Assembly (NCBI RefSeq): GCF_006345805.1
Contig: NC_043010.1
Coordinates: 58,776,001 to 58,840,000 of the forward strand
DNA length: 64,000 bases
Source: Octopus sinensis
Lineage: Eukaryota
Direction: 5' to 3'
Shown here in pieces: positions 24,391-36,831 of the stretch. Below the pieces are notes generated by a model, which was not told where the DNA came from, ran no database searches, and saw only the letters and a list, made by a program, of their open reading frames with translations. Made by a program: the position numbers and the translations under genes. Numbering within the stretch: position 1 is the stretch's first letter; every line of letters starts with the position of its first letter.

Positions 24391-26254
24391 CTCCATCCTT
24401 CTCTCTTCTTCCCTAATTCATTCTGTCATTCTTTCTATTTGAGCAAACAATTTGCTGTTGTTATTGTTTAATAGGAAGTGAGGAATAGAGCTACAATAGA
24501 CTAGCATCCTCTCCATGGGGAAATTATGTTTGTTCACTCACACAATATAACTGAGACAGAGAAAGAGAGAGAGGAGTGACAGAGAGTCATTAAAAGAGAG
24601 AGAGGAGAAGGGGAGAGAGAAGGCTATAGAGATACACAGAATGCTAGAGTGAGAGAGAGAGAGAGAGGGGTGTGTTAGTTGCTAAGGTGGTATTGAATAT
24701 CTAATATCAGTGGTCCTTTATCAACAAGAAACCCCTAACTCAACTGACCCCACCCCTTGCCCACTCTCTAAAACTGTCCCTAATTATCTGAAAGCACGAT
24801 TGGCAAGATCCTCCGGCTATTTCTGCTGACTCATCATTCATTTTAATTTACGGTAACGCCCTCTTTGAATTAATCACTCTCTTCTATAGATTTTAGAATG
24901 TGAAGGATTGATGAGGAGAGGGAGGAGGAGAGAGAGAGAGCGAGATGGGGACAGCAGAGACAGTGTTGTCAATAAAATAGCCACAGTATATTACTGGTAC
25001 CAATGTCAGTGCATCGATTGGAAAGTATGAATAGGCTGTTGGACAAAACATCCACTGGTGTGGAGGTGTGACTCTATATATTCTGAGTTCAAATCTTGTT
25101 GAGGTCAGATGCACCTTTCATCCTCTCAGGGTCATTATGATGGAAGATATAAAGGAAGTGTGCTTTGAATATTAGAACTCCATTGTATTACTGGTATTTG
25201 TGTTTCACACTTGTGCACAAACACAAGGACAATGACAGTCAAAACAGTGACATCACTCGATCTGCTAGAAATAGCAGAGAAATCTTCCTCAAATTAAAAC
25301 CGTCACTCCATCAGTTATGACGAAGAGTGTTCCAACCAATCCGATCGATTGAAACAGCCTCCGCATGAAATTAACGGGCAAGCGGCTGAGCACACCACCG
25401 ACATGCGTACCTTTAATGCAAGCTCTCGGAGAGATTCAACATGACACAGAATGGGTCACGGTTGGCTCATCAAATTACCGGTGCTACTCGTACTTGCCAG
25501 CCTAGTGGACTGGAGCAATGGGAAATGAAGAGACTTGCTCAACAACTCAATGGCCTGCCATAATCAAACTCACAACTTTACGATTATCAGCCAAAATACT
25601 CAAAATTCCTTTCGCTCCTCAAATTTTACAGTTTTTAAAAAGAAAGGACACATTGGATAATCACAGCACTTTGTATAAAGATGGAACTCTCAGAAAATGG
25701 CTTGGCTGTGAACAAAATGCGTGGCATCGTGATTGTGAGGTTCGTTCTGACCCTAGGGTACCTTGTACTTGTGTACACTACCATGAGTGGTACCTAAGGT
25801 ATGTCCATTGCACCTTATGGTACCCTGGACCTGAGTCTTCTGCCACATGATACCCTGGGCATATCTCTTCCACCTTATGTCAAGGATACCCCACCATATG
25901 CTCTCTTAAGTATTTTCTATTAGTCTCAAGTCGGCCAAACTGAGAGAGATTTGGTCAACAGAAGTGTGTGGAATCTGATCTGATGGCCAGTTCCTGTTGA
26001 TGGCAGATGTGTTTGGGTACTTTTCGTGGAGTTTCTTGAGGTCAGATCTTCAGGTAGAGGCTACCCTCTGCTCTACTTTGCACAATCTTCACTTTGATAA
26101 AATCATGATTATTGGCCATCCTTTCTCTGACAAAATCACCAAAATAAAGTTTGGTGCCGGAATTCCACAATGTCTGCAAGTAAAATCTAGCAAAAAAAGG
26201 ATATTCCTTCAGAGGAGCTAAAGACACACACACACACGCAGAGGTCACAATAGG

Positions 26255-26435
26255 CTCAGATGTGGTTGTGGTTGTGCGATTGGGAAGTCTGATTCCCAAC
26301 CACAGGGTCTTGGGTTCAGTCCTGCAGTGTTGCACCTTCAGCATGGGCCTTCTTCAACAGCTCCAGGTCACCAAGAACTTGGTGAGTGGATTTGGTAGAC
26401 AGAAACTGAAAGAAGCCCATTGTGTGTGTGTGTGT
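26255..26435 (+). mobile_element. SINE family S2, 5' half
   Basis: GGGTTCAGTCC B box and GTGAGTGGATTTGGTAGACAGAAACTGAAAGAAGCCC. Confidence 0.7.
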
Positions 26436-26437
26436 AA

Positions 26438-26735
26438 TATCACGTGGTCATGTGACCGACCAGTCCATCCGATGTAGTTACACATCGCTGGTCACAATGC
26501 GTTCGCATTGTTTTAGCCTTCGAATGACTCCACCTGCTGGCTAAGCGAGCAGGCCAACAGAAGAAAGAGTGGTGAAAGGGTACAGCAGGGATCACCACCA
26601 CCCCCTGCCGGAGCCTCGTGGAGCTTTTAGGTGTTTTCACTCAATAAACACTCACAACGTCCGGTCTGGGAATCGAAACCGCGATCCTACGACAGCGAGT
26701 CCGCTGCCCTAACCCCTGGGCCATTGCGCCTCCAC
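26438..26735 (-). mobile_element. tRNA-derived SINE, family S3 (young, CpG-rich)
   Basis: Minus strand: GGAGGCGCAATGGCCCAGGGGTTAGGGCAGCGGACTCG..GGTTTCGATTCC; the same head occurs at 46111-46269. Confidence 0.8.
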
Positions 26736-26780
26736 GTGTGTAAAATATTTACACATAAATATATTTGTATATGTATGTAC

Positions 26781-26811
<31 letters not shown>

Positions 26812-27434
26812 TGTATGTATGTATGTTAATGTTTGCTTTTTTGTTCATTTGTAATAAAGCCAATTTTGCATTAATCTGATGGGTTACTCATTACTTGTGT
26901 AGAGTACAAACATTCTGAAACAGGAATATTATTGACAGTGACTTCGAATTTTTGGCCAGTTAAGTCATTATGTTTCTGTGTGTGTGTGTGTGTCTTTGTC
27001 CTGAGATTGTGTAATAGTCATAAATGGGGATGGGGGGGGGGGTCACTGTCGTACAAATGGTGTCATTGATTTCCAATATTCTGCAAAATCATGTTCATGT
27101 CAGGCCATGGGGAAATCTTATTACTTTGCTTGGAAATAAGTGAAGGTTGGAGACAGGGAAGGCATCCAGCCTTCAATTTTCCTCAGTGGACATTATGATG
27201 ATGATGATGATGACGTTGATGTCACATGACCATATAGACGATGCTAGTTGCAACAAAGACTTGCATTTTCTCATTTGGATACACACACACACACACACAC
27301 AGAACAATATTGATTTCAAATTTTAGCACAAGGCCAGCAAGTTCAAGGGTGGGAGCAAGTCGATTACATCTACCTCAATACACAACTGGTACTTATTTCA
27401 TTGACCCCCCCCCCCCATATATATAATATATATA

Positions 27435-27650
27435 TGTATTTGTATGTCTGTGTTTGTCCTCCCACCCACTATTGCTTAACAACTGATGTTGGTGTGTTTA
27501 TGTCCCCATAACTTAGTGGTTCGGCAAGAGAGACTGATAGAATTAGTACTAGGCTTACAATGACTAAGACCTGGGGGTCGATCTGTTCAACTAAAGGTGG
27601 TGTTCCAGTATGGCCACAGTCAAATGACTGAAGCAAGTAAAAGAATAACT
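27435..27650 (+). mobile_element. SINE family S2, 3' half
   Basis: ..AGTACTAGGCTTAC..GGTCGATCTGTTCAACTAAAGGTGGTGTTCCAGTATGGCCACAGTCAAATGACTG. Confidence 0.75.
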
Positions 27651-27665
27651 GTAAAAGAACGGAAA

Positions 27666-27768
27666 GTAAAGTTGACTGCAGCAGGATTTGAACTCAGAAC
27701 GTAAGGAACCTGAACAAATAGCAAAAGGCATTTTGGTCAGTGCTCTTACCATTCTGCCAATCTACCTC
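27666..27768 (-). mobile_element. SINE family S1, head fragment
   Basis: Reverse complement of the S1 head and B box. Confidence 0.55.
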
Positions 27769-27881
27769 ATCGCCATCGCCACAACACCTCCACCCTTATA
27801 GGGGTATTTTGCATGATACAGAAGAGGTGGTTGGGGAGTAGGATTAGGAAAGGGAGAAGAGAAAAACATCCCTTTAGACCC

Positions 27882-28141
27882 CATTTGCTTCTCAACCATT
27901 TTTTCTACCTATGGACCCTTTTGCTCCCTATTTTATTCCACTGGATCCCAATAAACATTTGATGTTTAGAAAAGTCCCATTATATATTTCTAATCAAATA
28001 TTATTAGGAACTGTAGAAACATAAGCAATTAATTACTGATAAATTTTAACAAAATCTTATGTGAACCCCTAAGAGCCACCTGGAACTCCAAGGGTCATAT
28101 GGGCCCCCAAGGGTCATGTGGACCCTGGGTGAGAACCAGTG
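27882..28141. mobile_element. hAT (Charlie-like) MITE
   Basis: Degenerate TIRs ..GCTTCTCAACC / GGGTGAGAACCAGTG; internal CCTATGGACCCTTT shared with 40127-40379. Confidence 0.5.
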
Positions 28142-29452
28142 ATTTAGACTCAATGGAAAATAGGATTTCTTGAGATTCCTGGAATGTAATGCCCCATGGT
28201 GAGGGAAGAAGATCTGGATGTTTGCTTGAGTCCTCAACTCCAGTAACAGTTGTAGGGGCAATGTCATGACATAACTGTCCACCAGTCTTCCCGCAGCCAC
28301 CCACCTTCTGTTATGACTACACACTCCAACTCGGGTTTCTCCTCATGTATTGCTTATCCATTCTTTGTTGTGGTCTGGCCAGCTTTGGTAGTGGTGGTGT
28401 TGGTGGGGTGTGTTAGTGCATTGGTCAGGTGAGGAGAAATAACCGGCCACAGGTAGGCTCGGAGAGTACTTGGACAATGCTGCAAAGAGGAAGAGACTAT
28501 TCAGGGGACTTAGTAGGAAATAGAAAGATGCTGAGGGATAAGCAGCAGAAGTTTTGGTTGACTGGCCCCTGGGTCAGTGGTTGTTCTAGGGACGGGTGTG
28601 GCACATGTGGAAAACAACCTTGAAAACAGCTGGGTTGGGACTTAGGGAATTTCTAATTAAAAAGTTGTGAGGATTGTTATTTCCCATGAAGGATATAGGG
28701 AAAACTCAGAAAACCTTTGAGATATGGTTATGGGGTAATGTGCGTTACAGTGGTGGGGTGCTTGGGTGGAAGGTGAAGAAGAAAGTCAGATCCAGTCTGT
28801 AGTCATATGTTTAGAAGGGAAAAGAGCAATGACAGAGCAAGAAACTTGTCCTCCTCTGCCCCAGCTCACCAACAACTGTTCTACCTAATGGAATATCTTC
28901 AGAAGAAGGCTTTTATTTTTTATTTCATTTTAATTTTTAAATTTCATTTTAATTTTTGATATTGCTGTGTGTGTCTGCGTGTGAGTATGTCTGTGTGTAC
29001 GTCAGTGACAGCTAATGAATGAGTACAGGGAGCAACCACTCCCGCCAAACACATTTTCCAAAATTGGGGCCTTTTATAAAATATATAATCAACGGGTTAA
29101 AAATTGTTTGGTATGTGTCACGGTGCCTTTCCTCATGTGCCCACTCTCCTTAAATTTAGAATCTGACTACACCCCTGGTGTGCATGTGTATGAATGTGTG
29201 TGTACCTTTTGCAGTCATTGATATGCCCGGCAAGATCCTCTCCCTTCTTTCTGCTGACCCTTCATTCTCCTTCAAACCCTTTCACTCCCTTATCACCCTC
29301 TTTCTTTCTCATCTCACTCTCTCCTATCACTATTCTCCCCACCACCATCACATCTCTCCCACAACCAATTCTCTTCCATTTCCCGTCAATCTCCCCTGTG
29401 TCAAGAAACTCATTAATTAAAGTCTCAAAGAGAAAAAAAACCCCACTTTTCT

Positions 29453-29490
29453 CTTTCCCTGAAGAAGAACTATACCCGAAACGTCAGACA
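29453..29490 (+). ncRNA. Degenerate PLE-type hammerhead motif
   Basis: CTGAAGA-A-GAAC TATA CCC-GAAACGTC-AG; core and GTC triplet intact, stems I and II broken. Confidence 0.35.
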
Positions 29491-30094
29491 TTCCTTGCCT
29501 TTCTCTCATACAATCTTATGAAACAATAAACTTTATCAATAAATACACTTTTTGCCAACATAGATCACAACTAATCCCCATAGATTTCTGTGTTTTTATC
29601 TATTAATGTAATAATATAGACTACTTTCACTATCGTTTGGTCACTCTCCACCAAATATGATTAGCTACTCAACAGACATCGACACCTGGTCACCTGGTCA
29701 ACACAGAACGATATTGTCATTGGTCAATAGACAAAGACACTTAAGACAATAGACTGTGAAAACAATGGATTAAAAAAACACTTTACGCCAGTAAATTCGT
29801 TTGTTTGTTCTCTCTCTCTCTCTCTTTCTCTTTCTCTCTATCAATCGATAGAGACACTTAAGGCAATAGACACTTGAAACAATAAATTCGGAAATACACT
29901 CACTTAGATATGTTTGATATCTGTCATTACTACAACACAACAAAGGTTAGAAGTATTGAACATAAATTTTCTACTCCACCGATTGTTGTTCTAACCAACC
30001 GGAAACAAACTTGTGAGGCAAAATCAACAATGAGAAATGAAAACACATGTCTTAAACACACACACACACTCACACACGCACACACACACACACA

Positions 30095-30562
30095 TTAGCA
30101 ATAACTGGAGCTAAATAAATAGCAATAATATACACGTATTATACATACCTACTTAGTGAGACACATAGATACGGACATATATACACACATACATACATAT
30201 GTACATGTGCATACGCACACGTACAGAGACATTGACGATTTTTTTAGTACTATTTATACGTACAAAGACACGTATAATTAGTGACATATAGATATATATA
30301 TAGGTATACACACACACACACACACACACACATTAGCAATAACTGGAGCTAAATAAATAGCAATAATATACACGTATTATACATACCTACTTAGTGAGAC
30401 ACATAGATACGGACATATATACACACATACATACATATGTACATGTGCATACGCACACGTACAGAGACATTGACGATTTTTTTAGTACTATTTATACGTA
30501 CAAAGACACGTATAATTAGTGACATATAGATATATATATAGGTATACACACACACACACACA
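30095..30562 (+). repeat. Tandem duplication, 238-bp unit x2, junction in (CA)n
   Basis: TTAGCAATAACTGGAGC at 30095 and 30333. Confidence 0.9.
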
Positions 30563-31145
30563 CAGGGTATATGTATATACATACGCAGACGGTTTTCTTT
30601 CATAAAACTTGGACTGATTGTAGGTGAATTGTTAACAACGATCAAATAATCGAGCCGGCTGTGTCTCAGGAATAAGCTGAGACATCAAATTAAACGACAT
30701 AAACAGCTCTGGTTGCATTACTGTCTACCATTTAGAGTTTCCGCCATGATTGGCTGCTTATCAAGATTGATTTGTGACCATGTAGACTTCGAGTTCAATC
30801 CCATTGAGAAGTACTCAAAAGCAAGCAGCATCTTCTGATGTAGTCACCAAAGGGCTTTGTCAGGGATTTGGTAAAGTGTATGAAAATATATTGAAGGGAC
30901 CAAACCATTTCTTTATCCATTGTCCAGTTTAACATGATTGCCAGGATTCCTTGGTGCCATTGACAGTGTCCGGTCTTCTGCAAAAATTCTAACCAAGTTC
31001 CTAATTTGAATATAACTAATATATACTAAATATGACATTTGGCCATTGTCCACTCCTGTCAAAAATGGTCAATTTGTTTTGTAATATTTCTTTCCTTGCA
31101 CTATCATATCATAATCTGATAGTTGTTGGGTTTGAAACCCAGTTA

Positions 31146-31179
<34 letters not shown>

Positions 31180-31182
<3 letters not shown>

Positions 31183-31593
31183 TAGTTTTATTTTTATAGC
31201 GTGCTTTCACTTCACTACCGAGCGCAGCTCTGTGTGCCTTGGGTATGTGTTGTGATTTGTTGTGATGCTCTGATGGTTACTGTATGGAAAGTGTTCTGCG
31301 TAGGATGTGTGCAGTGCCTAGTAGTGCAATTTTCTGTATGTTATATGTGTTTGTAAGTCCTGGTATTTTTGTTATGTATTTGTCTGAATATTTTTTTATC
31401 ATGCCTAATGCACCTACTATGATAGGAATTGTTTCTGTTTTCAGATTCCACATTCTGGTTACCTCTATTTCCAGGTCTTTGTATTTTGAGAGTTTCTCCA
31501 TTTCTTTTAGAGACACGTTGTCATCAGCCGGTATTGATACATCAATTAGAAAGCATTTTTTTTCTTCATGGTCTCTGACAACTATATCTGGTC
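31180..31593 (-). mobile_element. R4/Dong-clade retrotransposon 3' end, family A, second copy
   Basis: Open RPDIVVRDHEEKKCFLIDVSIP..RRTLSIQ* with the same 3' UTR as 2493-2984; pure (AAT)n on both sides. Confidence 0.9.
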
Positions 31594-31659
<66 letters not shown>

Positions 31660-31754
31660 GATGAAAACTTTCGGCTTATTTTGCTGGGTGTGATGGAAAG
31701 TGTCAGCTGTCCACAGCCATCAGACTAAGGTGACACTTGTTTATTATCATTATC

Positions 31755-31964
31755 AGGTGGTGAGCTGGCAGAATCATTAGCATGCCAGACGGAATGCTTA
31801 CCGGTATTTCGCCTGTCACTATGTTCTGAGTTCAAATCCTGCCGAAGTTACCTTTGCCTTTCATCCTTTCAGGGTCGATAAATTAAGTACCAGGTAAACA
31901 TTGGGGCCAGTGTAAATCCCCTTAATCCCTTCCCCAAGCTGCTCTTGTGGCAAAAATTTGAAAT
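31755..31964 (+). mobile_element. tRNA-derived SINE, family S1
   Basis: GGTGGTGAGCTGGCAGAATC head, B box, central block, long (ATT/ATC)n tail. Confidence 0.8.
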
Positions 31965-31972
31965 CATTATTA

Positions 31973-32030
<58 letters not shown>

Positions 32031-32125
32031 CCTTATTATTATTATTATCATTATCATTATTATTATTATTATCATTATTATTATTATTATTATCATTATT
32101 ATTATTATCATTATTATTATTATTA

Positions 32126-32178
<53 letters not shown>
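31965..32178. repeat. (ATT/ATC)n microsatellite, about 210 bp
   Basis: Directly visible. Confidence 0.95.
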
Positions 32179-32574
32179 TAGGCAGTGAGCTGGCAGAATC
32201 ATTAACACACTGGGCAAAATGCTTGCCAGCATTTTATCTGTCTGCAGGTTCTGAGCTCAAAGTCCACTGAGGTTGACTCTGCTTTTTATCCTTTTGGGGT
32301 TAACAAAGTACTATTTTAACGTGTATAAGGAAACCTTTTTTGTTAAAAATTAGGTTAAAAAAATATGGGAGTTTCTTATACATGAACAGTATTATAATCC
32401 CTTACAAAACCTTTTTTCTAAATTTTACCCCACGCCCAAATTAGGGGCTTCTTTATACACCAGGGTTCCTTATACACATTAAAATACAGCAAGTACCTGT
32501 TGAGCACTTGGTTTGATGTAAGTGACTTACTCCTCTTCTCTGAAACTGCTGGCCTTCCATCAAACTTGGAAAGA

Positions 32575-32607
<33 letters not shown>

Positions 32608-33397
32608 CTCTGAAATATCCAGCCTTGTGTCACAACATTTCAGCCAGTGTGTGTTCCAGCCATCTTCAGGTACCTGACATATCTAGTAACAGTCCCTGAA
32701 TTTCATATCAAACCTATTATTCAAGCCATAGGGTTTCTGGAGATTATTTCATTTTATTGTCCCTGCCTGAAATATTTTCCTCTTAGCAATTTACCCCCAA
32801 AAAGGGTTCGTTTCAGTTTGAAATTTTGGGAATTAATACAAGAGGTACCTGAAGAAGTTTGGAGAATTCAGTGGCTGAAATGTTGTGACTATAGTTGTGA
32901 GGAGGACACTTGTCCCAATAAATCTTTGGATAATAAGGGTTTCAAATTTTGGCACAAGGCCGGCAAGTTTGGCAGTGGTAGGGGTGAAGTCGATTACATT
33001 GATTAGGCAGTGAGCTGGCAGAATCATTAACACACTGGGCAAAATGCTTGCCAGCATTTTATCTGTCTGCAGGTTCTGAGCTCAAAGTCCACTGAGGTTG
33101 ACTCTGCTTTTTATCCTTTTGGGGTTAACAAAGTACTATTTTAACGTGTATAAGGAAACCTTTTTTGTTAAAAATTAGGTTAAAAAAATATGGGAGTTTC
33201 TTATACATGAACAGTATATAATCCCTTACAAAACCTTTTTCTAAATTTTACCCCACGCCCAAATTAGGGGCTTCTTTATACACCAGGGTTCCTTATACAC
33301 ATTAAAATACAGCAAGTACCTGTTGAGCACTTGGTTTGATGTAAGTGACTTACTCCTCTTCTCTGAAACTGCTGGCCTTCCATCAAACTTGGAAAGA

Positions 33398-33430
<33 letters not shown>

Positions 33431-33825
33431 CTCTGAAATATCCAGCCTTGTGTCACAACATTTCAGCCAGTGTGTGTTCCAGCCATCTTCAGGTACCTGA
33501 CATATCTAGTAACAGTCCCTGAATTTCATATCAAACCTATTATTCAAGCCATAGGGTTTCTGGAGATTATTTCATTTTATTGTCCCTGCCTGAAATATTT
33601 TCCTCTTAGCAATTTACCCCCAAAAAGGGTTCGTTTCAGTTTGAAATTTTGGGAATTAATACAAGAGGTACCTGAAGAAGTTTGGAGAATTCAGTGGCTG
33701 AAATGTTGTGACTATAGTTGTGAGGAGGACACTTGTCCCAATAAATCTTTGGATAATAAGGGTTTCAAATTTTGGCACAAGGCCGGCAAGTTTGGCAGTG
33801 GTAGGGGTGAAGTCGATTACATTGA
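32178..33825 (+). repeat. Tandem duplication, about 824-bp unit x2 (32178-33002, 33003-33825)
   Basis: Identical ORF translations at offset 823. Each unit contains an S1 head, two opposed hammerhead-like remnants and an S1 tail. Confidence 0.9.
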
Positions 33826-33975
33826 CCCCGGTGCTCAACTAGAAATTTTTTACCAACCCTGAAAGGAAAAAAGGCAAAATTGACCTCGGTGTAATTTGAA
33901 CTCACAACATAGAGAGGGAAAGAATACTAAGTATTTTTCCTGGTGTGTTAATGATTCTGCAAGCTCACTGCCTTA
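33761..33975 (-). mobile_element. tRNA-derived SINE, family S1
   Basis: Reverse complement of the complete S1 layout. Confidence 0.75.
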
Positions 33976-34047
33976 AATCTTTGAATAATAATAATAATAA
34001 TAATAATAAATCTTCTTCTTCCAAAATCAAGCTAAAATTATAATAGA

Positions 34048-34436
34048 ACTAGCAGTATCGCCTGGTGTTGCTCGGGTTTGTTTCGACCCTTTAGAATTGG
34101 AATTTTTGAAAAGTAAAAATTTTGCATTATGTAGCTTGTTATTCTCTTTAAGTGAACATTTTTCTGGTTGAAATACACCGAAAAATGGTGACACAGCATT
34201 AAAAAAATCGTAAAAAATAGGGATTTTCATAGAAAAAAAGCACCTTTTTGATGTAAATAATTTTTGGTCTTAACATGGTCCGATTTGAATTTTATCTTCT
34301 ATGAAATAAAGAGCAAGCCTTCTTCTATCATACTCTCAATTTTGGTCAACTTGCACCGCAGGGTCTCGGAGGAGATAGTGTTAGTTGAAGGCTACCAAAC
34401 CTGCCACACACAGACAACTTCAGCTTTATATATAGA
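34048..34436 (+). mobile_element. Non-autonomous Helentron-like element (HINE/DINE-type)
   Basis: Starts ACTAGCAGTATCGCCTGGTGTTGCTCGGG and ends CAGACAACTTCAGCTTTATATATAGA; no TIR or TSD. A second copy is at 59116-59496. Class assignment rests on end motifs recalled from HINE-type elements. Confidence 0.55.
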
Positions 34437-35719
34437 GAGATAACACAAGCAGAGACATGAAGATTCAGTAAGGTTGAAGTGGTGTTATGCATAGAAAGAG
34501 TCTAAAGTTAGTGGATGTCTCCATTTAAATTGGTTCAAGAAGACATTGTGGTTCTCAGTCAAAGCAACAATCACCACCCGACACTAGATACAGGAAATTT
34601 ATCATAAAAATTGCAAAAACAAAAAAAGATTAGTCGTTTTTTTTTTTGAAATGGCAACTTCATTTGTAAACTAACCTCCTAATTAGAGAAAAGTAATTTC
34701 TTTCAAATGAGTTTTCTAGCTTACAGTCTGCTTGTGTGCCCCCTTTATGGTGAAATTTCTTCCAATAGATTTTCCAGATATGCCCTTCACCACTGACATA
34801 AACAACCTAACACAGTTTGAAAACAACCATGGAAGCTATTCATTGTCTTCAGTCTAAATAATATAAAAAAAGACAGTATAACAAAGATCCTTTTTTAAAA
34901 TCCATCCCCACCTCCCAACCCCATGGTTGACAGAATCCCATAATCAATGACTATTCTTTCTAAATTTTTAAAATTAAATAATCTAATAAGATGTATTGTG
35001 TTGTAGTCTTTTAACGAACCTCAAACGTCTACAATGCTACAATGGTTACCTAACAAGCTAAAAGACTTCTCACCAGAACTAACATGGTTGGATTTGGTCA
35101 TAAAAATATTCAATATTTCGTTGGGAAAATTTAAAAACCAATATGTCTGTCCCCTAAAATTTTTTCCCAGTGCCTCTTTGATGTTAATTCGCAGTAACGC
35201 CTTATGTTAATTAGACACAGAATATTTGCTAGATCTGCAGAAGCTTGTTATCGCATTGTGTGTAACGGACAAGAGATGTGACAGGCAACGGCAAGATGAA
35301 GAAGCTGGAAGGCCAAACCAAAAGGCCAGATTCACAAACACCAGTGATAGTAGCAGAATTGGTGGAGTTGGTAGCGGTGATTAAATTTCATTGTCATTGG
35401 AGATGGTGGCGATGGGGATGGCGGTGGTTGTGGTGGTGGTGGTGGTGGTGGTGGTGGCAGCAAGGATGGTTCTGTAAACCTAATCAAAGATTGCAATCCT
35501 TTAGGAGTTTTCATCAATTAATGCATGAGTTAATATCTGTTGGTGTTGGGTGCGCTAGGAATTGGTAAACTGCAGTGAAAATTCTGGCTGCTGCACGCCA
35601 GGCAACAGAGAGAGAGAGAGAGAGGGGGGGGCAAGGGAAACGAAGGGAGATGGCAGTAGAGAGTGGTTACCCTATTCATTTCTATAGTATCTCAATGTCC
35701 GTGCCTGTCAAACGAACAA

Positions 35720-36126
35720 GTTTACAGATTGAGACCAGAGATTAGTCTTGGTATTGCTGTTGTGTACTGCAGCGATGGCGATGGGGATGGCGGCGGTGGG
35801 GGTGTAATTAATGGTGTGTAGTAGTAGTAGTAGTAGGTAGTGGTGGTTGTAGTGGTGATGGCAGTGTGTAATTGATGGTGTGTTTACTAATAGTAGTAGT
35901 AGTAGTAGTATTGGTACAGTATAGTGGTGATCATAGTAATGTGTGAAATTGGTGGAGTGTATAGCTGTATAAATATTAGTAGTAGTAGTAGTAGTGGTGG
36001 TGGTGGTGGTGGTAGTAGTAGTAGTAGTAGTAATGGTAGCAGCAGCAGTGGTATCGGTACAATGTGGTGGCGTTGGTATGAAGTTAGTATTGGTAGTAGT
36101 GGTGCATGTTATAGAGTTGATGGCAT

Positions 36127-36157
<31 letters not shown>

Positions 36158-36799
36158 CAATGGTAGTAGTAGAAGCAGTAGTAGTAGTAAATGTAGTAGT
36201 AGAAGCATTAGTGATGGTGGAGTGGGTGGGGGGTTGATGTTGTTGTTTTGGAGTCCTGTCAGTGACTGGGTGGAGTGGTGAATGAAGAACAAGTTGAAGT
36301 GATGGTAGAGGGGTTAGTTCTGTGGTATGTGGTGATGGTATGGTAGTAGTGTGCCAAGATGGTAGTGAGTACTGATGTGGCACTGGTGGTGGTGGTGGTG
36401 GTGATGTAACGATGCAGCGTGGTGTTCTGTTGGTGTTGGGAAGCAGTGCATAAGTTGTGAGTTGTTTTGGTAATAAAATAGTGGGGGGGTGTAGGGGTGG
36501 GGAAGGAATTGTAGTGGTGGTGGTGGGTTTGTGGGGGGGGTGGATGGTGTCAAACTACCAACGACCATCAAGGACATTATTGTTATCACAACAACAACAA
36601 CAATTACAGCAGCAGCAGTAGTAGCAGTAGTGATGGTAGTAAATCAATATTGATGAACTCTTGGTATCACTGTCATCATCATTACCATCATCATCATTAT
36701 CATCATCATTATAATTATCACTACCACCATCACCACCACCATCATCAGCATCATCACCATCAACATCATTATAATTATCACTAATATCAACAGCACCAT

Positions 36800-36831
<32 letters not shown>

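Noticed and set aside
25789-25880. Roughly 30-bp diverged tandem units
   Set aside because: Only about three loose copies; significance cannot be judged by eye.
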